Source: Octopus sinensis
Lineage: Eukaryota
NCBI RefSeq assembly: GCF_006345805.1
Contig: NW_021824954.1
Coordinates: 1 to 64,000, forward strand
Length of the DNA: 64,000 nucleotides
Direction of reading: 5' to 3'
In this document: positions 49,697 through 62,871 of the stretch, one piece after another
Layout: each line of letters begins with the position of its first letter
How positions within the stretch are numbered: position 1 is the stretch's first letter
The notes under the pieces: model-generated
What the model was told of the DNA's origin: nothing
What the model saw: only the letters and a program-made list of their open reading frames with translations
Database searches by the model: none
Position numbers and translations under genes: made by a program

Positions 49697-50685
49697 CACC
49701 GTAGCTGAGTAAAGAGGTTCTGTTAATCGTGAGCTAGCAAATGGGTTTGTATGAATCGGGAGACAATACTAAACGAAAAATTGAAAAATTGAAAAATTGA
49801 AAAATTGAAAAATCAGAGTGGCTATGAACCTGGAGACAAGTCTAAACGAAAAAAAAAAATGTTTGAGCTAGACAGGGTAAGGAGGGAATACTGAAAGAAT
49901 GAGTGACAATACAATGAGATGGAAATTGAAGAATAGAGAAAGAATAAGGATAGGTGCAAGAAAGAAGGTAGTCGTAGCGAGGTTGGACGATTCACTTAAC
50001 TTTTAGCCATTCATGATCTGTGCGTATTCTTTAGATATTTTGAAGCGAGTGGGGTTAACGATAAATGCGTTGGCTCTTTTATGTATGGCGATGATGGTTT
50101 TGGGGAGGGGGGGCATAGAGGACCATGGCGATGATGGTTATGGGAAGGGGGGACATAGCGAGAGAGAGATACGGTTAATTAGAGAGAGAGGTCAAGGGAC
50201 ACGTGACAATAAGCGGTGTGAGGGAATTTGACTGGGGACGGCATTGTCGATAAATAAACATTAGATAAATAGGTTTGAAAATCAGAAAAATCAGAGGGAA
50301 TATCATTATTGATAGCTAATATAACACCGTAGCTGAGTAAAGAGGTTCTGTTAATCGTGAGCTAGCAAATGGGTTTGTATGAATCGGGAGACAATACTAA
50401 ACGAAAAATTGAAAAATTGAAAAATTGAAAAATCAGAGTGGCTATGAACCTGGAGACAAGTCTAAACGAAAAAAAAAAAAAAAAAAAAAAATGTTTGAGC
50501 TAGACAGGGTAATGAGGGAATACTGAAAGAATGAGTGACAATACAATGAGATGGAAATTGAAGAATAGAGAAAGAATAAGGATAAGTGCAAGAAAGAAGG
50601 TAGTCGTAGCGAGGTTGGACGATTCACTTAACTTTTAGCCATTCATGATCTGTGCGTATTCTTTAGATATTTTGAAGCGAGTGGG
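49697..50685 (-). repeat. ~628-bp tandem monomers (A-B-A), continued as B-A at 55954-56580
   Basis: CACCGTAGCTGAGTAAAGAGG starts at 49697, 50325 and 56241. Copies differ by a few substitutions and by (GAAAAATT)n and poly-A length. Confidence 0.95.
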
Positions 50686-50919
50686 TATTTCTTTATTATG
50701 ATTATATAATCACACATAGAAGGACAAATACAGGACATACATGCAAAAAACAGTTAAGAGATTCGTTTTAAAAATTTTCATTTACATTTGGATTATAAAA
50801 ATAAAAATAAATGTCCTTTACATGACCTAGTAGAACAAACCACAGTACATAACTGGAGCTTCTGCACCCCGGCAACTTATGAGGCCCTGCAGCTTCCACT
50901 TCCTCTCTCTCCTCCATGG

Positions 50920-53900
50920 TCAAGCTGGGTTTCTGACACCCACCTTTTTTTCCACTTCCTTCCATCTTTTCTCATACACACGCCGCGGTAAGATCCTCTT
51001 TTCCAGCCCCATTTTGCTCTTCAGATGATATCTGAAGTAAGTGAGCAAGCTGGGGCCGGAGACAAAGGATCCTATCGCGGCTCCTTCCATTCTCGTTCTC
51101 CACATGCATTCCTTTACTACTGCAACCGTGCAGTGAAAACATGCCTCACCTTCCTTCGAGAGTCCAGTTGGCGGTATCATCTTAATCATAGACTCAGCCG
51201 ACAGCTGTACTCGTCCCAGATGCGATAACACGTGTTCTGCGTAACTTATCAAGTCGGACAACTTCCGACAGTGAACAAAAGCGTGCTGGACGGTTTCATC
51301 GTCCAACTCGCACCTTGGACACGTCGGTGGCACTGAAACTCCGTGCCGTGATAACTTCTCGCGAACAGGTAAAGCATTCCTATAACACTGCCAGGCCAGG
51401 GATCTTTGGAAATTATCCAAATACCCCGACCTGGAACGTTTTTTTAACAGGTTGGCAAGCTGGTCTTCATCAAACCCCAGAGCCCCTCCTAGGACGTCGT
51501 CGTTTTTTGCCTCTACCAGCCCTCTATAAAATACCGAGGTGGTATTTCCGCAGCCGGCCTTGCCCACCTTGTGGATCAGCGTGAGTGCCTGTCGGCACTC
51601 CTTTTGCCATGGAGTCAGTTTCCATCTTTTGATGTAACCGGGTTTAAAATTCACTAAGGAGGCCGGTCTCGGGAAAAATCCCCCTGCCAGCGGACTCCAC
51701 ACCTTATCACCTTCCAGGTGGTGCCAGAGATGCCTTAGCCTCAACGCATGTCTGCGCATCATCAACCAAGGCATTCCTAGCCCACCTTTAACGGTTCCTG
51801 GCAGCAAACGGAGCGCCTCACAAGTGGCCTTCCTCCTTTCCACAAAAAGCGGAAAAGGATTCGCTCCAACTTGTTAAGCCATGAATCGGGGCAAGGGACA
51901 ACGGTCAGGCGGTAGGTGATTACAGATGCAATGAACATCTGCACCACCTCCGCCTTTCCTTTCAAGGACAGAAACCTTCCGGACCAGGTCCGTACTATGG
52001 CTTCCACCTTGCTTGTCACCTCACTCCAGTTCTTCTCCGTTTGGGAGTCTGGCCCAAACCAAACTCCCAGCAACTTAACAGGGCCATCCGTCCAGTGTCC
52101 CACGACACTGGACGATATCGACTTGCTCCTCCAGGTGCCGAGGCGCAAGCCAACCGATTTGTCCTTGTTAACCTTTGCTCCTGCCACCGCCTCGTATCCT
52201 CTGATAGCCTCCTCTACACAAGGTAGTTGGGCCTCTTTGGACACGATGAGGGTGACGTCATCCGCATAAGCAGTAACCGTCCTCCCACCTCCGATTTCAT
52301 CCGAGTTACTCCCCAGCCTCTCCAACTTTCGCAGCAATGGCTCAAGAGCCAATACGTACAAAAGTGGTGACAAGGGGCACCCCTGACGCACTGAACACTC
52401 GATCGAAAACGGTTCCGTTAGGTAACCGTTTATCTGGACGGTGGACTTGATGCCGCTATACATAGCGGAGATCCACCCGCGAAATTCAGGGCCCAGCCCA
52501 GCCGCTTCGAGGACCGTCGCCAGGTACCCATGGTCTACCCTATCGAAGGCTTTACTTTGGTCTAAATGGACCATTACCCCGCCTTTGCCGGCTAATTTAC
52601 CCACCCTATCTAAGGTGTAGCGTATAAGGTGAAGGTTGTCCTGGATCGACCTGCCTGGAATTGCACATGTCTGTGCTCTCCCTACAAGTTTCTCCACGAC
52701 AACCGTCAACCTTTTTGCCAACACCTTGGCCAAAATCTTTAACTCTACATTAAGTAGAGTTATGGGCCTGTAGTTACTGATGTTATCCCCCTTGCTCGGG
52801 TCTTTCTGGATTAGCGTCACCACTCCCCGGCTTACAGAACTGGGAATTCTCCCATTCTGCTGCCAGTTCGTGTAGACGCCCGCCAGTATTCCCCCGAACA
52901 AGTCCGGCATACTTTGGTAAAACTCGTAGGGCAGACCATCCAACCCCGGCGACTTATCCCCGGCGCATCCGGCCAGTATCTCCTTTATCTCCGCGGGAGT
53001 GATCGCTCCTTCACAGCACTCCACCTCACGCCCCGCGAGCCGCGGTCCGCCGGCTAGGAAGTCCTTTAAGGCTCTCCCCCGATCCAGCGAACCACCACCC
53101 CCGAACACGCGGGCGAAATGCTGGTGAAGAAACTTTTGCATCTCCTCCTGTCCATAGATCTTTTGTCCCTGTTCGTCAGTCAAAGATTTGATTGAGGCTC
53201 TGTTGCCTCTCTGACTCTCCACACGACGGGCCCATCCGGCCACGTTAATACCTTCTCGTTTCCCAGCGCGCAGCTTAGCTCTGACTCTGCAACCTTCGTG
53301 TTTGGAGTTAAGGTGACGGTACAATACCGTCCTTGCCGCCAACACTCCGGATGCAGAGCCAGCTTCCATTGCCTCGTCTAGATTCTTAACTAAATCGCCC
53401 TCTAGACTAGCCCTATCTATCCTTAGCTGATTGCTAAATCTAACGGACTCTAAACGAATGGCTCTTTTGAGGGCGTGCCACCATCTATTGTTAATGATGG
53501 TGCCACACAATGCCCTCTGAACTAACACCTTAATCCGGGTACGGAAGTCTTCACAATTCAAAATAGCCTTGTTCAGCTTCCAGTACCCGGGTCCCTGTCT
53601 ATGACACTTGTCTAATTGCATCTCACACGTCACAAATTTGTGATCCGAGTAAGGTACAATATGAAATTGTGGACAACTAAACGTATCCTTATCTCTTTTC
53701 TTAATAAATATCCTATCTAGATACGATCTGTGTGAGCCGTCGTTGTTACTCCACGTCCACTGTGGAACGCTCGGCTCATCCAGTCGGTAACGGTCCACTA
53801 GATCAAAGCTCTCTAGTAGACCCTTGAGGCTAGGGTTCCCGTTCCTATTGGTTGAGCCAACATTGTCGATGTGCGCTTCAAGGACAGTGTTAAAGTCCCC

Positions 53901-54308
53901 TACTAGGATTACTGTTTTCGACGTCGCTAAAAAGGGCTCCAGGTTCCGAAAAAAACCCGTCTGTCTACCCTCGTTCGGGGCGTAGACAGCTACCAACCTG
54001 AAGGACTGTTTACTTACGTGAGTCACATCCAGGACAACCAGCCTGCCTTCTGGATCCAGAAAGACAGTACTTACCTGCAAGTCCAAGCTCTTCCTGATGA
54101 AGACTGCCACGCCTCTGCCTCTTCCTCGGCTAGGAGAAATAAATTTCTCGAAACCATTTAGAAGAGGCGAGAACGCTTGGGTCTCGCTCATCTTGGACTC
54201 GGTTGCAATAGCAATATCTACACCATGTGTCGTGAGGTCGTTCAGGAAACAAATTTGTTTCCGTTTCGACCCCATTCCACGTACATTTATACAACCCAGC
54301 TTAGCCAT
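50920..54308 (-). CDS. Tx1 ORF2 (APE + RT + C-terminal CCHC), one 1-nt frameshift at ~51790
   Basis: LGCINVRG, VYAPN, VGDFN and SYLDRIF (APE); KSPGLDG, NYRPITLLN, RQGCPLSPLL and YADD (RT); CPRCELDDETVQHAFVHC. Confidence 0.92.
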
Positions 54309-54336
54309 TGTAGGTTAGAGAGAAAAATGAATGTAC

Positions 54337-55763
54337 TCACGGTTGGGAAAGGGAGCATGACAGTTTAAATCTGCCTGCTTCCCCTTCTTCCGCTGCTGCA
54401 GGGCTCTTGACCGGCGTTGCCACTGGGCTCTGGGTGGGTGTGGTTGCCGGGGTTATTATCAGTTTGCCCTCCATTACCTCTTTGGTCACGTCTCTTATTA
54501 GACGGTTCCTCAGATGTTCCTGAAGAACCTCCTCCTTCCACTCGTCCTCCCCTACCTTCGCGAAGCGAGCGGTTGCTTTCACATCTGTGGCTCTACTATA
54601 CAATACAAATCTTGAAAATTTACAACACTTATACACTCTTTCGTTTTTCTCGTCGAAAGCTATGATCCTCTCGTTCTTCTGTAAACACTTTTTTAAGTCT
54701 TGTTTTATGGGGAGGGACTTGGCAAACTGTTTTCCAATGAAAACAGTGCCATGGGGGTAGGGTTGGGGGATTTGCTTGGTGTGTGTGTCTGCTGTGTTTG
54801 CTGTTTTTTTCTTTGTTTGGGGAGGGGAGTCCTGGGTATTATCCTTTTTTCTTTTATGAGTGACTTGTGTGTAGTCCATTGGTTCTGTATGGTCCGTTTT
54901 TGTTTCCGTACTTGTCTTCGTCTTTTTGTTGTCTTTTCCTGTTTCCTCCCCTTCAGTGTTAGGGACACTTTGAGGAGGCGCTTCTTCTGTTCTCTTCTTT
55001 TTTATACAATTTGATCGGACGTGACCCTTCTCTCCACACTTGAAGCATCTGGGTCTACGTCCCTCTACCGAAACTCTCATGGACGTACCGTCCTCATTGA
55101 AGATTTTATCGGGCAGGTTTTCCAGGATTTTGTTCTCCGCCTGCACGAGGAGCTCCAGGGTCTGACCCTTCCACCGCACCACCTCTTTCCTTCTCATCTG
55201 CAGTATCGATATCTCTCGTTCAATGTTGTGCAGGACCGCCGCTGCTACCCACATGATGTCGTACCCTCTGGGTATGTCTTCTACCAGTAACTTCGCTGTA
55301 CGCTTCCCCATGTACGAGGGTAGCAGCATGATGTCGTCGTTTTTTAGGGTCAACGACGACACCTCTCTCGCTACCTCGGCTGTGTCGAAATGTGCCTCGA
55401 CTGTAGCACTGCGTGCACCTCTAACGACATGACGGATTTTGTCCCACACGGGGACAGGCACTTTTCTACCATTTCATTCTTTACATCCATTATCTTCTTC
55501 TCTTTGAAGCTGTATACCTTGTAAATAACTATTCTCTCCTTAATCTCTTGTACCTTTGCCTGCGGCGGTACAAGCTTTATCTCGCCTCCTTCCACTTTTA
55601 CCAGGTTCCTGAATTCGTACAATTGTTCAATTTTAAACTCGACATCCATCATGGCGCCGCCCACCGCGGCCGAGAATGACTGTTTGGGTACTTCCTTTTC
55701 CATATTTTCACTTTTTCCCATCACGGGAAAATCCTTCTTCGACGTCAAGTCGAAATCCATCAC
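54337..55763 (-). CDS. Tx1 ORF1 (gag-like, CCHC zinc knuckle), one 1-nt frameshift at ~55460
   Basis: ORFs 55371-55763 and 54337-55461 join by adding one A in GAAAAG. Contains CFKCGEKGHVRSNC. Confidence 0.85.
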
Positions 55764-56577
55764 CTCGAAGGTAATAAAAAATGCAGGTAATACAAAATTT
55801 TCTGCCCCGTAGGGCGAAAATTACCGTTTTACAACGGGCACTGTTCAAAACAGTTAGCACAAACAATAGTAGCACAAATCCGAACTCTCTTAAATGAAGG
55901 CAGCAATTTCTCACAACGCAAATGAACAGTAACTCGAGACTAGAATCGAGAAGTTTTGAAGCGCGTGGGGTTAACGATAAATGCGTTGGCTCTTTTATGT
56001 ATGGCGATGATGGTCTTGGGGAGGGGGGGCATAGAGGACCATGGCGATGATGGTTATGGGAAGGGGGGACATAGCGAGAGAGAGATACGGTTAGTTAGAG
56101 AGAGAGGTCAAGGGACACGTGACAATAAGCGGTGTGAGTGAATTTGACTGGGGACGGCATTGTCGATAAATAAACATTAGATAAATAGGTTTGAAAATCA
56201 GAAAAATCAGAGGGAATATCATTATTGATAGCTAATATAACACCGTAGCTGAGTAAAGAGGTTCTGTTAATCGTGAGCTAGCAAATGGGTTTGTATGAAT
56301 CGGGAGACAATACTAAACGAAAAATTGAAAAATTGAAAAATCAGAGTGGCTATGAACCTGGAGACAAGTCTAAACGAAAAAAAAAAAAAAAAAAAAAAAA
56401 AATGTTTGAGCTAGACAGGGTAATGAGGGAATACTGAAAGAATGAGTGACAATACAATGAGATGGAAAATGAAGAATAGAGAAAGAATAAGGATAAGTGC
56501 AAGAAAGAAGGTAGTCGTAGCGAGGTTGGACGATTCACTTAACTTTTAGCCATTCATGATCTGTGCGTATTCCTTAG

Positions 56578-56658
<81 letters not shown>

Positions 56659-57207
56659 TGCAGATATGTGTACAGGACGCCACCAAGAGGACAAATAACA
56701 TAAAATACGTAAACAAACTAGGGAAAATGTGTAAAATACATGAATAAGAAAAATGAAAAACAGGACAAGTAAAGGACCCTTCATCAATTGTTGGTGGTCT
56801 ATCTACTCCTCGTTTCAATGACAGTATGAGTCTTCAAAGACAGTTTCTCCCATAAATTCTAAATTGAAATTTGTGATTTATGGAGGGTCAAATTTGGGAA
56901 CAAAATCATGAAAGTAGAGACATACAAGGAAACTGAACGAAAACAAACATGCAAGGTTGTTAGTCCAGAACAAGAGGAAAATAGTGAACACTGGGAGAAA
57001 TATTTTTTTTGAAAAGAGAAAAGCTAGAGAGAAAAACACTGCCGTTATTTTGAACATCTATGCAGGAAAAGAAAGGTGGTCATGTGAGGAAAAGAAAGAT
57101 GGACGATGGTCATATGTGAGCAACGAGAGAGAGAAAATATATACCCACAAACATATACACATATACACACACACACACAGATATATATATATATATATAT
57201 ATAATAT

Positions 57208-57261
<54 letters not shown>

Positions 57262-57269
57262 TAGGCTTT

Positions 57270-57345
57270 CCCATCCACATGGGACTCGAACAAACATCCC
57301 TTTGTTAATGCAACTAAGTGCGTTACCATTACACAAGTGAACTAG
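57270..57345 (-). mobile_element. tRNA-like head (SINE or tRNA pseudogene)
   Basis: GTGTAATGGTAAC (A-box/D-arm-like) and GTTCGAGTCCC (B box). No clean cloverleaf. Confidence 0.45.
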
Positions 57346-57589
57346 TCTCCCTGTTTCTATCAACTTTATGAACTATATTAGTTAGTAGTTGGTTTTTGTA
57401 AACAAACTTCTATGTGCTTTTGGTGAGAATAGTTTTGTTATATGGTGCTGAGTTTTACAATCCTGTAAATAATAATAATGGTATTTATATAAGTTTAAAG
57501 CTTATAGCCATCACCATGTAATGACTCAGGAAAATAGTAGGCTTTCGCATCCGCTTTAAGCTTATATGAATACCATATATATGTGTACG

Positions 57590-60500
57590 CACGCACATTC
57601 TCCTAATTCCCAGTTCCATATTTCTTGCCGTTCTGTCCCCCAATCAAAACTTCGCTTTCCGCAGCCTGTTTAACCTCTTTACCATTTTCGTCTGTCCCCA
57701 ACCTAAACTCGCTTCCGGTCGGTCTATATTTAAAAAGAAATCGTCCCATGTGATTCCTTCCATTCATTTCTCAGCCAAACGATGTCCAGAAGAAGCTAAG
57801 ATCTTTCTCATTTCTTTCGATCCCTCGTACTACATTCGCCACTAATAATTATTAATTTTTCTATAATTGTTCGTTTCTCTATGATAATTATTTGTTTCTC
57901 TCTGATAATTATTCGTCTCTCCTCGTTCAATTCACATTCTTATTCCCATACTTTTTCCTGTCCCCTATCAAAACTTCGATTGCTTAATTCTCCTCATTCC
58001 TAGTTCCATATTTCTTGCCGTTCTGTCCCCAATCAAAACTTCGCCTTTTGCGGTGCACACCCCCCTCAATACCGGATACCTCTATATTCGCACCATCTAC
58101 ATCGGATATCCCTTCTCCCACCACCATTACGTGTGTCTATTCTTCCAACCCCTCCTCCTCAATGGGCTATTTCACCATGTATTACCTGCACTTCTCACTT
58201 CTAGGACAGATGCAGCCAGTGCAGCTGCTCATCAACCCACCCACTTAACCAGTTATCTTACACTTCGTTCTGTTTAGAAATCTGTCACCACCTCAACCAG
58301 TTATCTCCTCTTCCAATTCCTCCTCCTCACTGGTGCTATCTTACGTTTCGTTCTGTCTAGAACTTGTCACCGCCCCTACCAGTTATCGCTTCTCCCAACT
58401 CCCCCTTCTCACTGGTGCTGTTCCCTACATTACCTGCACTCTCTCTTTTCTATCCCTCTCTCTCTTTCTCTCCCTCTCTCCTTCTCTTTCTCTCCCTCTC
58501 TCTATCTCTCTCCTCTCTCTCTGCCTGAACCCTTCCCCACCGCAAATGCAACCAGTTTTCAGCTGACCCCCTCCTAACCTAACATTGGAATATCCATATT
58601 TCTGCTACACCGCTTAAATCTACATCATTCAATGACCATAATGCTTTTACTTACATAGCTACTAACACCTGGAATATCCATATTTCCACTTAAATCTACA
58701 TCACCGATTACCTTAATGCTGCTAACACCTACCTCCAGCTGGGGCAAAAATCTTAACATGCTTAAATGCTTGAATGTTGTCGGGTCGGAAGAGAGATCAG
58801 ATGAAGCATGCCTAAAAAACGACCACCACAACAACCCTCTTCTTTTCAGGCGCTGAATCACATCCTTCATCCCCAAACCTCACCCCACATTACTTTCCCA
58901 GTTTTTAGAGTTGGCACTGTCAATGTTGGTACACTGAAAGGTAGGTCTAGTGAGATTGTAGAGATGCTTGAAAGGAGACAGGTTGATGTATGCTGCATAC
59001 AAGAGTTAAGATGGAGAGGTGCTTCAGCTAGGGTCCTCATAGGCGGCGAGCTGGCAGAAACGTTAGCATGCCAGGCGAAATGCTTTGCTGTATTTCGTCT
59101 GCCGCTACATTCTGAGTTCAAATTCCGCCCAGGTCAACTTTGTCTTTCATCCTTTCGGGGTCGATTAAATAAGTACCAGTTACGCACTGGGGTCGATATA
59201 ATCGACTTAATCTGTATGTCTGTCCTTGTTTGTCCCCTCTGTGTGTAGCCCCTTGTGGGTAGTAAAAAAATAGGCACATAGGTATAAAGTCTTCTGGCAA
59301 GGTAACATAGATGTTGTAGGGGAGAAATGGGTGGATAAGGTCACAGAGGTTGTCAGAGTATGCGACAGAGTGCTTAAGCTTAGGCTAGTCCAACAGAACA
59401 GCAGAGCTACAATTATCTCCACCTACGCCCCACATACAGGGCTACCAAATGATCAGAAGGACCACTTTTATGACACCCTTCTACAGGCTACCTCAAAGAC
59501 GAGTGGCAATGGCCTCATCTTTGTGGCTGGGGACTTTAATGGGCATGTTGGGCGGTAAGCAGGTATCTTCACTGGGGTACACGGTGGCCATGGTATTGGC
59601 ATCGAAACGATGAGGGAACCAGGATACTGGAGTTCTGTGATGCATGTAACCTTTTAATCTGCAACACTAACTTCAGGAAGCCAGACAGCTACCTTATAAC
59701 CTATCAGTCAGGGGACTCTGCTAACCAGATTGATTTCATCCTCACCAGACAGCGGGACGCAGGGTTGCTCTTAAATACAAAGACCCTCCCGGGTGAAGAA
59801 TGTAGCCCCCAGCATAGGCTAGTCATTAGTGACTTTAGGCGCGAGGCCAGAAGGATAACAAGAAGCAGACCAATCCAGAAAAGAAGGATTTGGAAGCTAA
59901 AAAACCCTTCATATGGTCAGAGATTTAGGGACATCCTCATCAAGAAATTTGATGAGAAGGAGGAGGAACTACAGACGTCGGACATAGAAGGTAGCTGGAA
60001 ATTTCTAGGGGACAGCTTGCTGAGTGCCACAGACCAAGTCTGCGGATGGTGCAAAGTTCCTTCCAGACCTAGACTTACGTGGTGGTAGAATAGTATGGTA
60101 GACAAAGCCATTAGAGCAAAGAAACAGGCCTGGAAAGCTTGGAGGGATGGGTGTAGCAGGAAACTGTACCAGGTAGCCAAAAGGGAGGCTGGGCGACAGG
60201 TGTACATAGCCAAGGGTGAAGCAGAAAAGAAGAAGTTTGCCAATGTCCAGCAATGTGAGGACCAAAGAACTGAGGTATTTCGGATTGCTAGACAGTGCAT
60301 GAGAGAAAATTGTGATGTCACAGGAGAGAAATGTGTCAGCATAGATGATGGTGCACTTGCTTTCAATGTTTCTGAAAAGAAAGAGGCTTGGAGAAGCCAT
60401 TATGAGAGACTGCTGAATGCGGAGAATGAATGGGAGGAGGAGAGCCTGTCAAATGTTGACCTAGTTGAGGGACCAGCTATCCGAATAGACAGCTCCCTAG

Positions 60501-62467
60501 TAGATAAAGCAATTAAAGGTATGAAGCCAGGAAAAGCCCCTGGCCCATCAGGAATCACTGCTGAGAGGCTTAAAACATCTGGTGGTGTGGGTTATGGCCT
60601 AGTCACCCGCATTGTAAACCAGGTAGTTCATAATGGAGTCATACCCAATGACTGGTGTAGCAGCACCATAGTCAACAGCTACAATGGTGATGCTCTAGAT
60701 AGAAATAACCACAGGGGTATTAAATTGTTGGATCAGGTGATGAAGGTCACAGAGAGGGAGAGAGTCTGCTTAGATGAGATGCAGTTCAGTTTGTGCCGGG
60801 TAGAAACACCACTGATGCCATATTCCTGGTTTGACAATTGCAGGAGAAATACCTAGCTAAAGATAAACCCCTCTACATAGCTTTCATGGACTTGGAGAAA
60901 GCCTTTGACAGGGTCCCCCGATCCCTTATCTGGTGTGCGATACGGAAACTGGAGATTGACGAATGGTTAATAAGGGCTGTACAGGCCCTATACAGAGATG
61001 CCGTCAGCAAAGTTAGGATTGCCAATGAGCATAGTGAAGAATTCCGGGTAAGAAGTAGGGGTCCAACAAGGTCCAGCCCTCAGTCGCCTTTTATTCATCA
61101 TAGTCCTCCAAGCAATAACAGAGGAATTCAAGACGGGTTGCTCCTCTATGCTGATGACCTAGACCTCATAGCAGAATCACTACCGGAACTAGAAAAGAAA
61201 TTTTGGGTGTGGAAGCTAGGTTTAGAATCAAAAGGTCTTAGAGTCAATGTAGTAAAGACCAAAGTTCTAGTAAGTAGGAAGGCAAACACACCACACACTC
61301 CTTCAAGTAGGTGACCCTGCTTGATCTGTAGAAAAGGTGTAGGTAGAAACTCCATAAGATATACCCAGTGTAAGCTATGGACACATAAGAGGTGCAGCAA
61401 CATCAAAGGAAAATTAACCGAGAAGATAGCTTTCGTGTGCAGCAGATGCACAGGGGCAACAGAAACCATTGATACTCAGGAAACAGATTCCATTACATTC
61501 CAGGGGGATAAACTAGAAGTAGTTGATAGTTTCCGCTACCTAGGTGACCAAGTTAGTAGTGGGGGTGGATGCTTAGAGAGTGTTACCACTAGAATAAAAA
61601 TAGCCTGGGCAAAGTTTAGAAAGCTCCTACCCCTACTGGTGGCAAAGAGCCTCTTGCTCAGAGTGAAAGGTAGATTGTACAATGCATGTGTGCAAACCGC
61701 CATGCTTCACGGTAGTGAAACATGGACTGTGACTGCAGAGGACATGCGTAGGCTTGAAAGAAATGAAGCTAGCATGATCCGCTGGATGTGTAATGTCAGT
61801 GTGCATACACGACAGAGTGAAAGTGCCCTGAATATAAGAAGCATTGGATGTGGCGTGCAAGAGAGACGTCTGCGCTGGTATGGTCATGTACTACGGATGG
61901 ATGAGGAGAGATGTGTGAAGAAGTGCCACTCCCAAATAGTTGAAGGAATTCCGGGTAGAGGTAGTAGACCCAGGAAGACATGGGATGAGGTGGTCAAACA
62001 TGACCTTCAAACGTTGGGTCTCACAGAGGCAATGACGAAAGACCGAGACCTCTGGAGATATGCTATGACTGCAAAAACCTGACAAATAACGTGAGTTCAT
62101 GGCTGTTTCCTGCACCAGCTTCACATAGAAGCCCCAGCCCATCCAAAGTGCCTTGGATTGCTGGACGGCCTACTGTGCTTACCTTGGATCGTAGGGCGAC
62201 CTGCTGTGCTTGAAGAGACCTATTGAATCAAGTACATCAACATCAAAAAATCAAATGGAAATTGTAGTTGTGATACCTGTGCAGGTGGCACGTAAAAAGC
62301 ACTCACTACACTCACGGAGTGGTTGGCGTTAGGAAGGGCATCCAGCTGTAGAAATACTGCCAGATCAGACTGGAGCCTGGTGCAGCCTCCTGGCTTCCCA
62401 GACCCCAGTCAGACCGTCCAACCCATGCTAGCATGGAAAACGGACGTTAAACGATGATGATGATGAT
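57590..62467 (+). mobile_element. Older near-full-length RTE LINE (sister subfamily), with many stops and frameshifts
   Basis: FRVGTVNVGTLKG (~58900), VAGDFNGHVG, GKAPGPSG, EKAFDRVPRS, PHD-like CLICRKGVG...HKRC and LRWYGH, then the (GAT)n tail. The 5' limit is uncertain. Confidence 0.9.
59042..59271 (+). mobile_element. tRNA-derived SINE inserted in the APE coding region of the RTE
   Basis: GGCGGCGAGCTGGCAGAA..., B box GAGTTCAAATTCC and CTTTCATCCTTTCGGGGTCGAT domain. ATAGGC is repeated at 59039 and 59270. RTE homology resumes afterwards. Confidence 0.9.
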
Positions 62468-62488
62468 ATATATATATATATATATATA

Positions 62489-62822
<334 letters not shown>

Positions 62823-62828
62823 CCAGAA

Positions 62829-62871
<43 letters not shown>

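Larger units (their letters stand above)
50686..55953 (-). mobile_element. Full-length Tx1/L1-clade non-LTR retrotransposon, 5.27 kb, with a 16-bp TSD
   Basis: TSD TTTTGAAGCG(A/C)GTGGG at 50670-50685 and 55954-55969. The empty site is visible at ~50038-50055. The element ends with AATAAAGAAATA. Confidence 0.95.
45762..56580 (-). mobile_element. Probably full-length RTE LINE (tandem-monomer 5'UTR, APE-RT-PHD ORF, 3'UTR), split by a nested Tx1 element
   Basis: LRVGTLNVGTLKG (APE start, ~49390) through ORFs 47894-49000, 47286-47930 and 46358-47311. Four 1-2 nt indels and no evident in-frame stops. Both outer ends abut (TA)n. Assigning the monomers to this element is an inference. Confidence 0.85.

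Noticed and set aside
49697-50685. Monomer as an snRNA, 5S, tRNA or SL RNA gene array (usual Tx1 targets)
   Set aside because: I found no recognisable U1, U2, U4, U5, U6, 5S or tRNA sequence. CTCGCTTC matches the U6 5' end for only 8 nt, and AATTTTTC is not a proper Sm site. An Infernal search would settle it.
57270-57345. Functional tRNA gene
   Set aside because: It has A- and B-box-like motifs but no consistent acceptor or anticodon stems, so it is treated as a SINE head or pseudogene.
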